A stretch of DNA of 64,000 nucleotides from Nitrosopumilaceae archaeon (GCA_965209085.1 OZ242376.1:1248001-1312000), one strand, 5' to 3'. Positions 21,006 through 32,534 are shown, counted from the first letter of the stretch. Numbers and translations are program-made. Notes: generated by a model not told the origin, from the letters alone.

Positions 21006-21172
21006 TGGGCAGTAAAGGGTCCAGTCCCAAAATATCCGGATATTACAAAATAGATGGAGACAAGTTAATTCGGGAGAAAAAGATCTGTTCTAGATGCGGC
21101 AGAGGCGTGTTCATGTCAAATCACAAAGACAGACGCTCGTGCGGCAAGTGCGGTCTGACTGAATTTATCTAG
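21005..21172 (+). CDS. rps27ae: 30S ribosomal protein S27ae (not in ORF track)
   Basis: MGSKGSSPKISGYYKIDGDKLIREKKICSRCGRGVFMSNHKDRRSCGKCGLTEFI*; C4 zinc finger; TAATG overlap with rps24e. Confidence 0.95.
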   Translation: MGSKGSSPKISGYYKIDGDKLIREKKICSRCGRGVFMSNHKDRRSCGKCGLTEFI

Positions 21173-21876
21173 TAACTTTTCCGCCGTATAATTTTCTCGC
21201 TAATCTTTTCCATCGTGTCAAGTTTTTCAAGCAGTGTCTCATCCAAGTTTATGCGTGCAAGGGACTCGGCGGATACTTTTGTAGTGTTTGAATCTGCCAT
21301 AACTTCAATCTGCGGCAGTCCGGCATCAATCCAATGTTTTACAGTTTTATCCTCCAACTTGTAGTCGTGAAATCCGGCAGGAAACCGTTTTGTAATATGC
21401 CGCAGCAGTGTTCTGTCGGCGAAAACGGCTCCAGCTTCAAACAATCGCGATTCATCAGCGTATGCACTCTCAAAGAGATTTCCAGTTATCTCATCAGAGA
21501 GCACCCGCATGCGGCCTATGCGGTGAAGCAGTTCTAGATAGTGCAGAAATTCATGGGCAAGTATTGCATGAATCGTTCCCTTTAGACCGTATGCTATGAG
21601 CGGAGCAGATATCTGAATTACAACCTGTACGTCAGATTTTGTAACTACTGGAATTGTACGGGCAAAAAACACGCCATACTGGTATGATTTGGCGCCCTGC
21701 CGTACGATTATTGCCGAAGGATCAACGTATGCTACGGGGTATTGTATTCCAGATGCCCGCTCTATGCGGGTGATTCCAGAAATGGCAAGATCAAATCTTT
21801 TGGATATCAAATTGTATATATCATCGCCAAGGGCGCCCCGTTTATGAGCCTCTTTGATCTTTAAGAGCGGATCCAA
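21169..21876 (-). CDS. conserved hypothetical protein with HEXXH zinc-binding motif
   Basis: ILAHEFLHY; 235 aa ORF. Confidence 0.7.
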   Translation of the reverse strand: MDPLLKIKEAHKRGALGDDIYNLISKRFDLAISGITRIERASGIQYPVAYVDPSAIIVRQGAKSYQYGVFFARTIPVVTKSDVQVVIQISAPLIAYGLKGTIHAILAHEFLHYLELLHRIGRMRVLSDEITGNLFESAYADESRLFEAGAVFADRTLLRHITKRFPAGFHDYKLEDKTVKHWIDAGLPQIEVMADSNTTKVSAESLARINLDETLLEKLDTMEKISEKIIRRKSY

Positions 21877-21981
21877 CTGTTCAAATGCAGATAATTGCCG
21901 CTAAAAATGTATTTTTGAGGCAATCTCAAAATACATCCTGGGCACAAGTATTTGAAATCATACAGTTGAAATGTTCGTGTA

Positions 21982-22077
21982 TTATTTGGGTTTTCCGCGT
22001 TTGGCCTGTTTTACACGCCTGCGGTGTTCGCCCTGATCCGCCCTACGTTCGTGCTTGCCTTTTTTTCGAAGTGGCAT
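21982..22077 (-). CDS. 31-aa highly basic small protein (not in ORF track)
   Basis: MPLRKKGKHERRADQGEHRRRVKQAKRGKPK*; clean ATG..TAA, 30 nt downstream of pus10, same strand. Confidence 0.6.
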   Translation of the reverse strand: MPLRKKGKHERRADQGEHRRRVKQAKRGKPK

Positions 22078-22107
22078 AAATGAGCAAATCATACAAGGGT
22101 ATTTGTG

Positions 22108-23256
22108 TTATGCGGTCACCTCTACGCCATAAAAATCAAAATATTCACACTCACATGCGGTTTCAAGCATGTCCGTCAGGTTTGGAAATACAGTATCCCC
22201 GCCCACAAATTTTTTTATCGGCAGGCCCCCGTCCACTTCCAAGGTTATGGCAAGCGATTTTGGGCCTGATTTTCTGTATCGTACGGAATAGACTGATTTT
22301 TCGTTGCGGCGGGATTTCTCGTATACTGCAATGCCAGAGTGCCGCATTTCTTTTACCTGTTTTAATCCCCCATCTGATATCTCATCCTGGGTGCTCACCA
22401 AGACTTTGATTATTGAGCGGAATTTTACAGGCATCTTTGGGGGTGATTTTATATTTTCCAACTGGACGATATTTAATCCGTCTGCGAGGTTTTGGCGTTT
22501 TGGGGGACGCGGTTTGCGTTTTTTTGGATTCATCATTTGGGCAAAAAATGGCCTGCCGCTTCCAAGTACAAGACTTGATTTATCCTCTCCGCCGACCCAC
22601 GTAATTTTTGAACTCTCTGCTTCAAATATGCCGCACAGGTATTCGGAAATATTAGTCTCCACACTCTCCCGCGTTCCAGAGCATTTTATGCACCCGCTCC
22701 CGTCGCATTCGGGACATTTTGCAAGTTTTTGCGGCATGCCACGTTTTTCCTTCAAGTATCGGCCCGAAACGTATGCCGGTGCGGATCTTGCGTGCACAGA
22801 ATCCGTTCTCAAATTTACAGTCAGCCAGAGATCCGGCGTTAAAATTTTCAGTTTTGTTTTTGTACTGCGCGAGAGCGACTTTGAGAGATCGTGTGCAAAT
22901 GCAGATTTTACGCTTTCTGCCCCAATCAGATGAAACTTTGAGCGTATAAAATCATCCTTGTCTACGACTGACGGGCGCATTGTCACGCCAAGTAAAAACG
23001 TCTTAAATTCATATCTTGTTGCAGATTCCAAAACCATTTTATGAACTGATTGCACGCCATCAAAGAGTCCTCGGCATATGTGGCATTTTTTACATTCTTT
23101 GATTTTTAAATCCCCGCGGAGTTTTGCTCCAAGCCGGCGCGGCAGGCAAAGTGAGAGATTTTTTGCAAACAGCCGTCCAAGGCATGAATTGCACAGATCA
23201 TACTGTGCGGTTATGTTTTCAGATTCTGCAAGTACTTTGTTATAATCTGCCCCCAT
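22108..23256 (-). CDS. pus10: tRNA pseudouridine(54/55) synthase Pus10
   Basis: LCNSCLGR, GRYLK..RG.PQ, GGED...LG.GRPF, GGLPIKKFV. Confidence 0.9.
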   Translation of the reverse strand: MGADYNKVLAESENITAQYDLCNSCLGRLFAKNLSLCLPRRLGAKLRGDLKIKECKKCHICRGLFDGVQSVHKMVLESATRYEFKTFLLGVTMRPSVVDKDDFIRSKFHLIGAESVKSAFAHDLSKSLSRSTKTKLKILTPDLWLTVNLRTDSVHARSAPAYVSGRYLKEKRGMPQKLAKCPECDGSGCIKCSGTRESVETNISEYLCGIFEAESSKITWVGGEDKSSLVLGSGRPFFAQMMNPKKRKPRPPKRQNLADGLNIVQLENIKSPPKMPVKFRSIIKVLVSTQDEISDGGLKQVKEMRHSGIAVYEKSRRNEKSVYSVRYRKSGPKSLAITLEVDGGLPIKKFVGGDTVFPNLTDMLETACECEYFDFYGVEVTA

Positions 23257-23302
23257 TGCAAAAAAATGCCGCCTAGGAGTTATAGGCGTATGCCCGCATT
23301 TG

Positions 23303-24628
23303 TTAATTCAGGCCCATCTTGCGCAAAAGACCCTGCATCTGCCTGCCTTTTGAGGCCTTCATTACACCTTTGGAGTTTTTGTAATTTTTGAGCATCTCTT
23401 TTACCTCCTGCCGCATCTGTCCTGAACCACGTGCTATGCGGTCTATGCGCGAGGCGTTTAACAAATCAGGATTAGCTTTTTCTTTTTTATTCATGCTTTG
23501 TATGATAAACCGCCATTTTTTCATTCGATCCTCCATTTTATCCAAATGCCCCTCCTGTACTTGGCCGCTCATTCCTGAAACACTCTCCATTATACTCTTC
23601 AAGGATCCAGCCTTGCCGACCTCTTCTAATTGGTAATAGAAATCATCCATGTTCATCTTTCCTCCGGCTATGCGTTTCATGCGGACATCATCACCTTCAG
23701 ATTCCAAACGTTTTGCCATGTCCAATATTGCCTGCACATCGCCCATTCCAAGCATACGGCCGACGAATCTTGTGGGGGAGAATTTTTCAATATCATCAAT
23801 CCTCTCGCCGGTTCCGATGTACATTATCTGCGCGCCCGTGGCAGCTGATGCTGCAAGCGCTCCGCCCCCTTTTGCAGAGCTGTCAAGCTTTGTCACCACG
23901 ATGCCTCCCACCGGAACGATTTTGTGAAATGCCGAAGCCTGATTTGAGCACTGCCGTCCAATGGTTCCATCGATAACAAGCAATGCAAGATCCGGATCCG
24001 CCACTTTGTTGATTTGTTTCATTTCATCCAGCAATTCACGCTCTTCTTTGTGCCTACCGGCCGTATCAACTAGAATAATGTCAAGATCTGATCCTTCAAA
24101 ATGACGCAGTCCATTTTTTACAACATTTGGTGAATCTTTGTTTGACTCTTCCCCGTACACCTCTACTCCGGCTTTTTCACACATTGTACGAAGCTGTGCT
24201 AGTGCGCCGGGCCGAAACGTATCAGCTCCTATCACGCCAACTTTGTAGTCCTGTTTTGTAAGATATTTTGCAAGTTTTGATGACATTGTTGTTTTGCCGC
24301 TTCCCTGTATTCCAAGCATCAAAACCTTGTTTGTTTTGCCGGCTTTGAATTCAAATTCAGAATCCTTGCCAAAAAGTCTTGCAAGCTCATCATATAAGAT
24401 TTTAACAATGTGATCCTTGTACGGCAGACCGGGGGGCGGTTTTTCGTTTATCGCCCTATCTTTGATCTTTTCTGTAACCTCTAGTACAAATTTTGTCTCA
24501 ACATCCCCCTGTAGCAGCGCGATTTGAACATCGTGTACGAGTTGTTTTATGAGATCCTCGTTGACGCCTGAGGAGTTGACTATTTTTTTAATTGCCGCCT
24601 GCAGGTTTGTTTTTAGACTCTCTAGCAT
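23303..24628 (-). CDS. srp54: signal recognition particle 54 kDa protein
   Basis: [31 protein letters not shown]-domain RIARGSG. Confidence 0.96.
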   Translation of the reverse strand: MLESLKTNLQAAIKKIVNSSGVNEDLIKQLVHDVQIALLQGDVETKFVLEVTEKIKDRAINEKPPPGLPYKDHIVKILYDELARLFGKDSEFEFKAGKTNKVLMLGIQGSGKTTMSSKLAKYLTKQDYKVGVIGADTFRPGALAQLRTMCEKAGVEVYGEESNKDSPNVVKNGLRHFEGSDLDIILVDTAGRHKEERELLDEMKQINKVADPDLALLVIDGTIGRQCSNQASAFHKIVPVGGIVVTKLDSSAKGGGALAASAATGAQIMYIGTGERIDDIEKFSPTRFVGRMLGMGDVQAILDMAKRLESEGDDVRMKRIAGGKMNMDDFYYQLEEVGKAGSLKSIMESVSGMSGQVQEGHLDKMEDRMKKWRFIIQSMNKKEKANPDLLNASRIDRIARGSGQMRQEVKEMLKNYKNSKGVMKASKGRQMQGLLRKMGLN

Positions 24629-25301
24629 ATTCGCCAAGACTTGCCGCTTCTATTTCAAAGATTCCCCTATAGCCGTCCCACACGGGTTTGGCAGCATCTA
24701 TGACAAGTTCCCTTGAAAACAGCGGACAGTCAAGTACCAGTGTTTCAGCCTCGCCGCCCTCAAAGTTTAGGTTAAAGCTGTGCTTTATTGAGAGTGCGTG
24801 CAATACTTTGAGGGATGCTGAATCCATTTTGCGTCCAAGCCATGAGTCATCAAGTCCTCCGGCAGATACTGCAGTTATTACAAATGAGAAATTAAAATCA
24901 AGCAGCGAGCGCATGTACTGTACCGGTTCCATCCCCCAAACAGGTCCTATCGGGGACAGATTTGCAGATTCGCATGCGATGGTGAATTGTTCTTTCTGGT
25001 ATACGCTTGCAATTCCCCCATGTACTGCCCCAGTTATTCCGTATTTTGATGCAGCCTGTTTTAGTAATGATGCAACAGAGTCCAGTTCGTTTTCAGGATT
25101 GGTTTGTATTGTAAAATGTTCCAGTCCCATGGATTTTGCCTGCAGTGATGCAAGGCGGATGTTTGGGTAGTGCAACAGTTTGCTCTCGGCGGATTCAGGC
25201 TCTGCTGTAATCAGGCATTTTAAATCGTGTCCTGACTGTTTGGCAAGGTATGCAGCATACGTGCTGTCTTTGCCTCCTGAGAATAATACTGCAACTTTCA
25301 T
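24588..25301 (-). CDS. diphthine--ammonia ligase (Dph6, PP-loop)
   Basis: LFSGGKDS, EGGEAETLVLDCPLF. Confidence 0.9.
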   Translation of the reverse strand: MKVAVLFSGGKDSTYAAYLAKQSGHDLKCLITAEPESAESKLLHYPNIRLASLQAKSMGLEHFTIQTNPENELDSVASLLKQAASKYGITGAVHGGIASVYQKEQFTIACESANLSPIGPVWGMEPVQYMRSLLDFNFSFVITAVSAGGLDDSWLGRKMDSASLKVLHALSIKHSFNLNFEGGEAETLVLDCPLFSRELVIDAAKPVWDGYRGIFEIEAASLGEYARESKNKPAGGN

Positions 25302-25388
25302 GAAAACCCCAGCAGTATTGTAGATGCCTCATCACTCATAATCGTCATCATAATTCAGACGGCTTTTCCGCTCATCATCAGCATCCAA

Positions 25389-25799
25389 TTAACCTTTGAC
25401 GCGCATTATTTTTGTCTTGTCCAAGACTTTCCAGTATTCTACGTTTTGTCCGTTTTCAAGCGTACCTTTTACTTCATCCTCAATCATGTTCACATCGATT
25501 GTCTCAAAAGTTTCAGAATCCATCAGCTGTATCACATCTTTAGTCATTGAAATTATCTGGCCTATTCTTTTGTCTATGAGCGGTACGTGAATCTGCATGC
25601 TTACCGGACCCACGTGGGGTCTTTTTTGCCCGTCAAATATCCCCACACCCACTATGCGCGCTTTGGCTGCCCCGTGTTTGCCAGGTTTGCTTGTATCATA
25701 TTCGGATATCCGGGACGGCGCACCCGTAGGCTGATCAGATACCGGTAAAAGTATGTACGAGCCGATCTTTAGTGAACCCAAATCTGCAGGCTTGCTCAT
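25389..25799 (-). CDS. eif5a: translation factor aIF5A
   Basis: Hypusination motif SKPGKHGAAK; start at ATG 25799. Confidence 0.95.
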   Translation of the reverse strand: MSKPADLGSLKIGSYILLPVSDQPTGAPSRISEYDTSKPGKHGAAKARIVGVGIFDGQKRPHVGPVSMQIHVPLIDKRIGQIISMTKDVIQLMDSETFETIDVNMIEDEVKGTLENGQNVEYWKVLDKTKIMRVKG

Positions 25800-25860
25800 G
25801 AACGGTTTGCTTGATGTTGGATATTTAACTTTATCAACCCCGCACGTTAGATCAGATTTG

Positions 25861-27147
25861 TTGGCCGATAAATCCAAGAATCTGTATGCAAGGGCCAAAG
25901 AGATCATCCCATCGGGGGTAAACAGTCCCGTCAGATACTATTCACCGTATCCGTTCTTTGCATCAAAGGGCAGGGGCGGATTGATTTGGGATGTAAACGG
26001 AAAAAAATATGTTGATTTTTGTTGTGCATACGGGGCTCTACTGCTTGGACACTGCAGAGCTGAAATTCTCAAAGCTGTCTTTGATCAGATGAAAAAAGGC
26101 ACGCTTTTTTGCACCCCGACAGAATTAGAAGTTGACCTAGCATCTTTAGTTAGGAGTTTTTATCCAAGCATGCATAAAGTAAGACTCGTTAACACCGGCG
26201 GTGAGGCAACCATGACTGCAATACGGCTTGCGCGCGGATACACAGGTGGTAAAAAAATAATAAAATTCGAAGGATGCTATCATGGAGCCCATGATTCGGT
26301 TCTGGTAAAAGCTGGTTCAGGTTCAGCGCATGCGGGAATTTCCACATCCGATGGCGATTTAAAAGACTCTACAAAAAACACGCTTGTGGTACAGTATAAT
26401 AATTTGGAAGAGCTTGATTCTGTAATGGGCAGACACAAAAATGATTTGGCAGGAATCATTGTAGAGCCCATACTTGCAAACATGGGACTCATACTTCCCA
26501 AGAAAGAATTTTTGTCAGGATTGCGCAAGGCGACAAAAGAGTACGGTGTGCCGCTTATTTTTGATGAGACTGTTACAGGATTTCGCGTCGGCTCAGGTGG
26601 CGCGCAAGAATACTTTGGGATTAAACCGGACATCACCACGCTTGGCAAAGCGCTTGGCGGCGGATTTGCCATAGCGGCAGTAGGCGGCAAACGGCAGATT
26701 ATGGAACAGCTTGCCCCGTCAGGTAGGGTATATCAGGCAAGCACGTTTGCTGGAAATCCCATAGCAGTTAGCGCAGCTTTGGCATCACTTAAAGTAATAC
26801 GCAAACTTGGCAAACGCATGTATGCAGAATTAGAGAGGCGCTGCTCGCTCATGGTATCAGCTATTGATGATGCAGCAGATGATAATCACGTGCCCCACCA
26901 GATTAATTTTGCAGCATCCATGTTTCAGATATTTTTTACCGACAAACCTGTTACCGACTATAAGAGCTGTAAAAAGGCAGATACTGCAAAGTTTGAGAGA
27001 CTGTTTAAATTGCTTTTAAAAAAAGGTGTTTTTATGGCACCGTCTCAGTTTGAAGTTGCATTTTTATCAAATGCCCACAGCAAAACGGATCTTAGCCTGA
27101 CAGCGGAGGCGTATGCTGAATCCATAAAAGAGATGAGCCGTACATGA
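25861..27147 (+). CDS. hemL: glutamate-1-semialdehyde 2,1-aminomutase
   Basis: PSGVNSPVR, FEGCYHG, FDETVTGFR, LGKALGGG; TTG start inferred. Confidence 0.94.
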   Translation: MADKSKNLYARAKEIIPSGVNSPVRYYSPYPFFASKGRGGLIWDVNGKKYVDFCCAYGALLLGHCRAEILKAVFDQMKKGTLFCTPTELEVDLASLVRSFYPSMHKVRLVNTGGEATMTAIRLARGYTGGKKIIKFEGCYHGAHDSVLVKAGSGSAHAGISTSDGDLKDSTKNTLVVQYNNLEELDSVMGRHKNDLAGIIVEPILANMGLILPKKEFLSGLRKATKEYGVPLIFDETVTGFRVGSGGAQEYFGIKPDITTLGKALGGGFAIAAVGGKRQIMEQLAPSGRVYQASTFAGNPIAVSAALASLKVIRKLGKRMYAELERRCSLMVSAIDDAADDNHVPHQINFAASMFQIFFTDKPVTDYKSCKKADTAKFERLFKLLLKKGVFMAPSQFEVAFLSNAHSKTDLSLTAEAYAESIKEMSRT

Positions 27148-28079
27148 AATACCGCATAGGAACGCGCAAAAGCAGACTCTCTTTGGTTCAGACAGAACAG
27201 GTGGTATTAGAGTTACAGGCTGCAAATGCAGATGCTGAATTTGAAATCGTAAAGATTACCACAAAGGGGGATACTGACTCGCGCCCGTTCTTTGCCATTG
27301 ATCAAAAAGGGATATTTGAAAAAGAGATAGATAATGCGGTTGCATCAGGCGAGATTGACTTTGCAGTGCACAGTATGAAGGATGTCCCAACAGATCTTGC
27401 ATCAGGTCTTGTTCTTGCATGCGTACCAAAACGTGAGGATGTAAATGATGTAATCGTATCTTCAGATGGGGTCAAACTTGGCGATATAAAGAGCGGCAGT
27501 GTAATTGGAACTAGCAGTCTTCGCCGAGCGGTTCAAGTTTCAAGAAAAAGGTCCGATCTTGAGGTAAAACCTGTCCGCGGCAACATAGATACCCGTATTG
27601 AAAAAATCGGCAACGAATATGATGCGGTGATATTGGCACAAGCTGGAATAACAAGACTGAATATTGATGCAAAATACAAACCGCTGTCGCTATCGGATTT
27701 TCTTCCATCGCCAGGGCAGGGAGCGCTTGCCATAGTTGCACGTGCAGAAGAGAAAGAAACTATCTCAATGTTAAATAAAATAGAAAGTTTTGATGCAAAA
27801 GCTGAAGCGCTGGCCGAGAGGGCGCTGTCTGCATCCATCGAGTCAGGATGCCAGTTCCCCGTCGGGGCAATCGCCGGAGTTGATGCCGGGATAATATCGA
27901 TAAACGCTGTTGCTTATTCAGTGGACGGCAAAGAGGCCATTTATGCAGAGCAGAGCGGTCCAGTATCAGAAGCTGCAAAAATTGGATACATGGCAGGCAA
28001 AGAGCTAACTGACGGAGGGGTTGGCAAACTTGCATCAAGTTGGAGAGAAAAGTTGGCAGAGTGGAACAAAGATGGCTAA
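27144..28079 (+). CDS. hemC: porphobilinogen deaminase
   Basis: GTRKSRL, AVHSMKDVP, GTSSLRR, RGNIDTR. Confidence 0.95.
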   Translation: MKYRIGTRKSRLSLVQTEQVVLELQAANADAEFEIVKITTKGDTDSRPFFAIDQKGIFEKEIDNAVASGEIDFAVHSMKDVPTDLASGLVLACVPKREDVNDVIVSSDGVKLGDIKSGSVIGTSSLRRAVQVSRKRSDLEVKPVRGNIDTRIEKIGNEYDAVILAQAGITRLNIDAKYKPLSLSDFLPSPGQGALAIVARAEEKETISMLNKIESFDAKAEALAERALSASIESGCQFPVGAIAGVDAGIISINAVAYSVDGKEAIYAEQSGPVSEAAKIGYMAGKELTDGGVGKLASSWREKLAEWNKDG

Positions 28080-28815
28080 AGGCATAGTGTATCTTGCTGG
28101 AGCGGGTCCTGGGGATACAAAACTTCTCACACTTCGTACGGCAGAACTGTTGGGCAAAGCTGACATTGTACTGTATGATATGCTAGTGGGCAGGGGAATA
28201 TTGGGCATGATTCCAAAAAAAACTGAGCGCTTTTACGTAGGACGGATTGCCGGCGATGATCCAACAAATCAGGACAAAACCAACGAGATGATGTTCAAAT
28301 ATGCAAAAAAAGGCAAAAAAGTTCTAAGGTTAAAGGGCGGGGATCCGGCCATGTTTGGCAGGGGCGGCGAGGAGGCTGAATACCTCAAAGAGCGCAAGAT
28401 AAAATACGAGATTATTCCCGGAATTACGTCCGGTTCCGGATCCGCCACGTATTCTGGCATACCTTTGACGCACCGTAATTTTTCATCATCAGTTGTTTTC
28501 GTTACAGGACATGAGAATCCATCAAAGCGTGCAGAATCCGTAAAATGGAAACGCATGGCAAAGGCGTGCGATACAATTGTAATCATGATGGGATTGGCAC
28601 GGATTGGAATAATTTGCAAACAGCTTGTATCCGGAGGCATTGAAAAAGGCACGCCCGTGGCTGTCATACAAGAGGGAACAACTGCACGGCATAAAATGAT
28701 CACAGGTACTGTTTCAAACATTGCCGGTAAAATAAAACGTGAAAAAATCAAGTCCCCGGCAATAATCATAGTTGGCAGCGTGGTGAATCTTGCAGACCAT
28801 ATAGGATGGAGATAA
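28072..28815 (+). CDS. cobA: uroporphyrinogen-III C-methyltransferase
   Basis: GAGPGD, RLKGGDP..FGRGGEE, IPGITS. Confidence 0.93.
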   Translation: MAKGIVYLAGAGPGDTKLLTLRTAELLGKADIVLYDMLVGRGILGMIPKKTERFYVGRIAGDDPTNQDKTNEMMFKYAKKGKKVLRLKGGDPAMFGRGGEEAEYLKERKIKYEIIPGITSGSGSATYSGIPLTHRNFSSSVVFVTGHENPSKRAESVKWKRMAKACDTIVIMMGLARIGIICKQLVSGGIEKGTPVAVIQEGTTARHKMITGTVSNIAGKIKREKIKSPAIIIVGSVVNLADHIGWR

Positions 28816-28819
28816 TTTC

Positions 28820-29620
28820 ATGCAGATAACAGGAAAAACAATTGCCATAACGCGTCCAGCATATGATGCTCAGGAATTTATCAGCGCGGTGCAATCCGGC
28901 GGAGGGTATGTCATACCCCTGAAAACCATCGAGGTTGCAGCAAATACTGAAACAATTGCAAGAGAGTTTCTCTCACAGCTTGAAAAATTTGATCCAGACT
29001 ATACTGCGTTTCTAAGCTCAAAATCCGCAAGTGTGCTCTTTGAATCGGCAAAAAAAGAATCCATATATGATGAAATGGTATCGGCGGTTAAAAACACGTC
29101 AGTTGTGGCAGTGGGTCCAAGAACGCAAAAAGAATTAAAATCAATTGGAATTAAAACCGCACACATGCCGGATAATTATTCATCCATAGGTCTTGGAGAA
29201 ATGTTCACATTAATGTGTGCAGAAGATAAGAAAATAATCATGCCAAGAAGCACAGCCTCCAAATCGTTTCTAAAGGAACTGCTTGAGAAAATTGGAATGC
29301 GCGTGCTCGAGGTACGTACGTACGGGGTGCGCGCCGCATCAGATACCTCAGAGTGGGACGGTTTTGCGGTAAGATTTTTTGGCGGCAGTGTGGACTGTAT
29401 GGCCCTTACCAGCGCATCCTCTGTAAGGGCGTTCTTTGAGATACTTGGATCAAGGGGATTTTCCAATGAAAAGATACTTGGGAAACTTGCAGATATGGAC
29501 GTGTTTGTTATCGGATCGCAGGTAGACGAGGAATGCAAAAAAATGCGCATAAAAAAGACCCACGTTTCAGACGTCCATACCATAGAGGGTCTAGCAAATG
29601 CGATCAAGGCGTGCCCGTAA
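28820..29620 (+). CDS. hemD: uroporphyrinogen-III synthase
   Basis: ITRP, AVGPRT, TSASSV; position in the hem operon. Confidence 0.88.
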   Translation: MQITGKTIAITRPAYDAQEFISAVQSGGGYVIPLKTIEVAANTETIAREFLSQLEKFDPDYTAFLSSKSASVLFESAKKESIYDEMVSAVKNTSVVAVGPRTQKELKSIGIKTAHMPDNYSSIGLGEMFTLMCAEDKKIIMPRSTASKSFLKELLEKIGMRVLEVRTYGVRAASDTSEWDGFAVRFFGGSVDCMALTSASSVRAFFEILGSRGFSNEKILGKLADMDVFVIGSQVDEECKKMRIKKTHVSDVHTIEGLANAIKACP

Positions 29621-29724
29621 AATGAAAACAAAAGATCGCCGCATATTGCAAAATTATATGGGTATTTAATTAGCTGTACCTTATTTTAAGTATATTATTA
29701 TAACAATTTAAGACACAACCATTC

Positions 29725-31125
29725 ATGACCGCAGAAAACATGGATATGGATTATTCAAAATATGATTTCAAAGATTCCACAGAATTGTATGTTCATTTGA
29801 GTAAAAAAGGCCTCTCTAAAGACGTGGTTAAAAGCATTAGCAAACTAAAAGATGAGCCGCAGTGGATGCTCGATTTCAGACTGCGTGCATATGATATATT
29901 TATGAAAAAACCCATGCCAACTTGGGGTGCCGATCTTAGTACAATTGATTTTCAAAACATATTCTATTACGCAAAGGCCACGGAAAAAACAGAGAAAAAT
30001 TGGGATGATGTTCCAGCAGACGTTAGAAATACCTTTGACAAGCTTGGAATACCAGAAGCAGAGAAAAAATTCCTCGCTGGAGTTGGAGCCCAGTATGAAT
30101 CAGAAGTTGTATATCATAGCCTTCGCGAGGATTTGAAAAAACAGGGCGTAATATTTACAGATACTGATACGGCTCTAAAAGAGCATCCAGAGCTTTTGAA
30201 AAAATACTTTGGCAAGATCATACCTCCGGAAGATAACAAATTTGCAGCATTAAACAGCGCAGTGTGGAGCGGCGGATCTTTCATCTATGTTCCACCTGGA
30301 GTCAAAATCGACATGCCATTGCAAGCATACTTTAGAATAAATGCTGAAAACATTGGACAGTTTGAGAGAACGCTCATACTGATTGACGAGGGTGCAGAGT
30401 GCCACTATATCGAAGGGTGTACAGCTCCGGTTTATTCGTCCGAATCACTACATTCTGCAGTAGTAGAGCTTGTTGCACACAAGGATGCAAAACTGCGCTA
30501 TACTACGATACAAAACTGGAGTAACGATGTGTACAATTTGGTAACAAAGCGTGCGTATGCATACGAGGGTGCAACAGTCGAATGGATTGATGGAAACCTT
30601 GGAAGCAGGATTACTATGAAGTATCCTGGAATATACCTCCTAGGCGAGAGGGCATACGGTGAGACTTTATCCGTAGCGTTTGCTGGGAAAAACCAGCACC
30701 AGGATACTGGTGCAAAAATGGTACACCTAGCTCCAAATACGACATCAAAGGTCACATCCAAATCCGTCAGCAGGTTAAACGGCCGCTCCACATACAGGGG
30801 ACTCTTAAACATAGCAAAGGGGGCAACTGGCGTAAAATCCACCGTGCGCTGCGATGCATTGCTGCTTGATGATACCTCAAAGACTGACACATATCCGTAC
30901 ATGGAGATAAACGAGGATGATGCTACCGTAACGCACGAGGCAACTGTGGGTAAAATTGGTGATGAGCAGATATTCTACCTTATGACTAGAGGATTTAGCG
31001 AAGAGGATGCACTAGGTCTTATTGTAAACGGATTCATGGAACCATTTACCAAAGAGCTTCCAATGGAATACGCTGTTGAATTAAACAGACTGATAAAATT
31101 AGAAATGGACGGTTCTGTAGGCTAA
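29725..31125 (+). CDS. sufB: Fe-S cluster assembly protein SufB
   Basis: [20 protein letters not shown]. Confidence 0.96.
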   Translation: MTAENMDMDYSKYDFKDSTELYVHLSKKGLSKDVVKSISKLKDEPQWMLDFRLRAYDIFMKKPMPTWGADLSTIDFQNIFYYAKATEKTEKNWDDVPADVRNTFDKLGIPEAEKKFLAGVGAQYESEVVYHSLREDLKKQGVIFTDTDTALKEHPELLKKYFGKIIPPEDNKFAALNSAVWSGGSFIYVPPGVKIDMPLQAYFRINAENIGQFERTLILIDEGAECHYIEGCTAPVYSSESLHSAVVELVAHKDAKLRYTTIQNWSNDVYNLVTKRAYAYEGATVEWIDGNLGSRITMKYPGIYLLGERAYGETLSVAFAGKNQHQDTGAKMVHLAPNTTSKVTSKSVSRLNGRSTYRGLLNIAKGATGVKSTVRCDALLLDDTSKTDTYPYMEINEDDATVTHEATVGKIGDEQIFYLMTRGFSEEDALGLIVNGFMEPFTKELPMEYAVELNRLIKLEMDGSVG

Positions 31126-31139
31126 TTGCACGAGATGGC

Positions 31140-32534
31140 ATGTTACATACTGTACTCTCAAAACTTGATTCGGATTTAATATCAAATATATCGTCGCTTA
31201 AAAACGAATCAGACTGGTTGCGTAAATACAGAAACGAATCGTTGCAAATGTACAAAAATCTCCCCCTTGAGACTTCGCAACTTTACAAAAAATACACGGA
31301 TGCGGCACGCATGAATCCGGAATTGGTAAAAATTGCAGCAAAAAGTGATGGTGCAATCCCGGCATTTTTACAAAAAAGAACCGACGAGTTGAAAGATTTG
31401 CCGCACATAATACAGATTGGCACAAATATTCACAGCGTGCACATACCTGCAAAAATAAAAGATGAGGGTGTGTGCATATGTCATATTGATGAGGCGCTTG
31501 CCGATGGGTCAGCAAAAGAGATAATCGAATCAGTGGATGTATCCGAGGACAAGTTTACTGCGTTAAATTCTGCAGCGTTTAATTCTGGAATATACATTAG
31601 CATACCAAAAAACGTACAGGTGGAGGATCCAATACACATAATCTCATGCCTAGCGGATGATGGAATATCTGTTATATCGCGCAATGTGATATCAGCTGGC
31701 CAGAGCAGCTCATCAACGGTGGTTCAGGAAATGTACTCTCCAAAATCACAGGGACAGCAGGCATACATTGAACTGTTAACTACCGACGTGCAGCAGAATG
31801 CAAAAATCGACGTTACCTCGCTTCAAATGATGGATCAATCTTCGGTAAACTTTTCAACCCGCACTACAAACATGGCAGCGGATTCAACAGTAAACTGGTA
31901 TTTGGGATTGTTTGGTACCATGCTCTCAAGATACCGCATAGTGTACAATTTGAACGGTTCAGGTGCAAATGTAAACGATTCAGAGGTGATATTTGGTAAT
32001 GGTGAGCAGTCATTTGACATACATGCAAACGCAAACCACATCAGCCCGGCAACTGAGGCAAAAATAGTTGAAAAATCAATTCTAAGGGACAAGTCAAAAT
32101 CACTCTTCAAGGGCATGATTCGCATATTAGAGAATGCTGTAAAATCAAACTCATACCTGTCTGGAAGATCCATCCTGTTGGATCCGGGTGCAAAATCGGA
32201 CGCAATACCAGGCCTTGAGATACTGACAAACGATGTCAAAGCTACGCATTCAGCCTCTGTGGCGCAGATAGATGCAGAACAGGTGTTTTATCTGCAAACC
32301 CGGTGCCTTACAAAACAAGCTGCTGAGCGTACGATTATCGAGGGGTTTTTGGAGCCGCTTTCAAGAAAAATGTCATACCAGGTGCGGGCGTGGATTGGTC
32401 ACCTTATTGAATCAAAATGGGACGGACGCAGTCTGTCCATAAACAACGACGAGGAGTTGCGCAAATTTATCGAAGTGGAAGAAACTAGGTATAATGAAAA
32501 AGCAGAGATAGAACAGCACTACAAATACCGGTGA
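31140..32534 (+). CDS. sufD: Fe-S cluster assembly protein SufD
   Basis: PGLEI..NDVKATHSA; follows sufB. Confidence 0.9.
   Translation: MLHTVLSKLDSDLISNISSLKNESDWLRKYRNESLQMYKNLPLETSQLYKKYTDAARMNPELVKIAAKSDGAIPAFLQKRTDELKDLPHIIQIGTNIHSVHIPAKIKDEGVCICHIDEALADGSAKEIIESVDVSEDKFTALNSAAFNSGIYISIPKNVQVEDPIHIISCLADDGISVISRNVISAGQSSSSTVVQEMYSPKSQGQQAYIELLTTDVQQNAKIDVTSLQMMDQSSVNFSTRTTNMAADSTVNWYLGLFGTMLSRYRIVYNLNGSGANVNDSEVIFGNGEQSFDIHANANHISPATEAKIVEKSILRDKSKSLFKGMIRILENAVKSNSYLSGRSILLDPGAKSDAIPGLEILTNDVKATHSASVAQIDAEQVFYLQTRCLTKQAAERTIIEGFLEPLSRKMSYQVRAWIGHLIESKWDGRSLSINNDEELRKFIEVEETRYNEKAEIEQHYKYR

Noticed and set aside
25354-25390. Tiny acidic ORF between eIF5A and dph6
   Set aside because: Under 20 codons with a non-ATG start; no support
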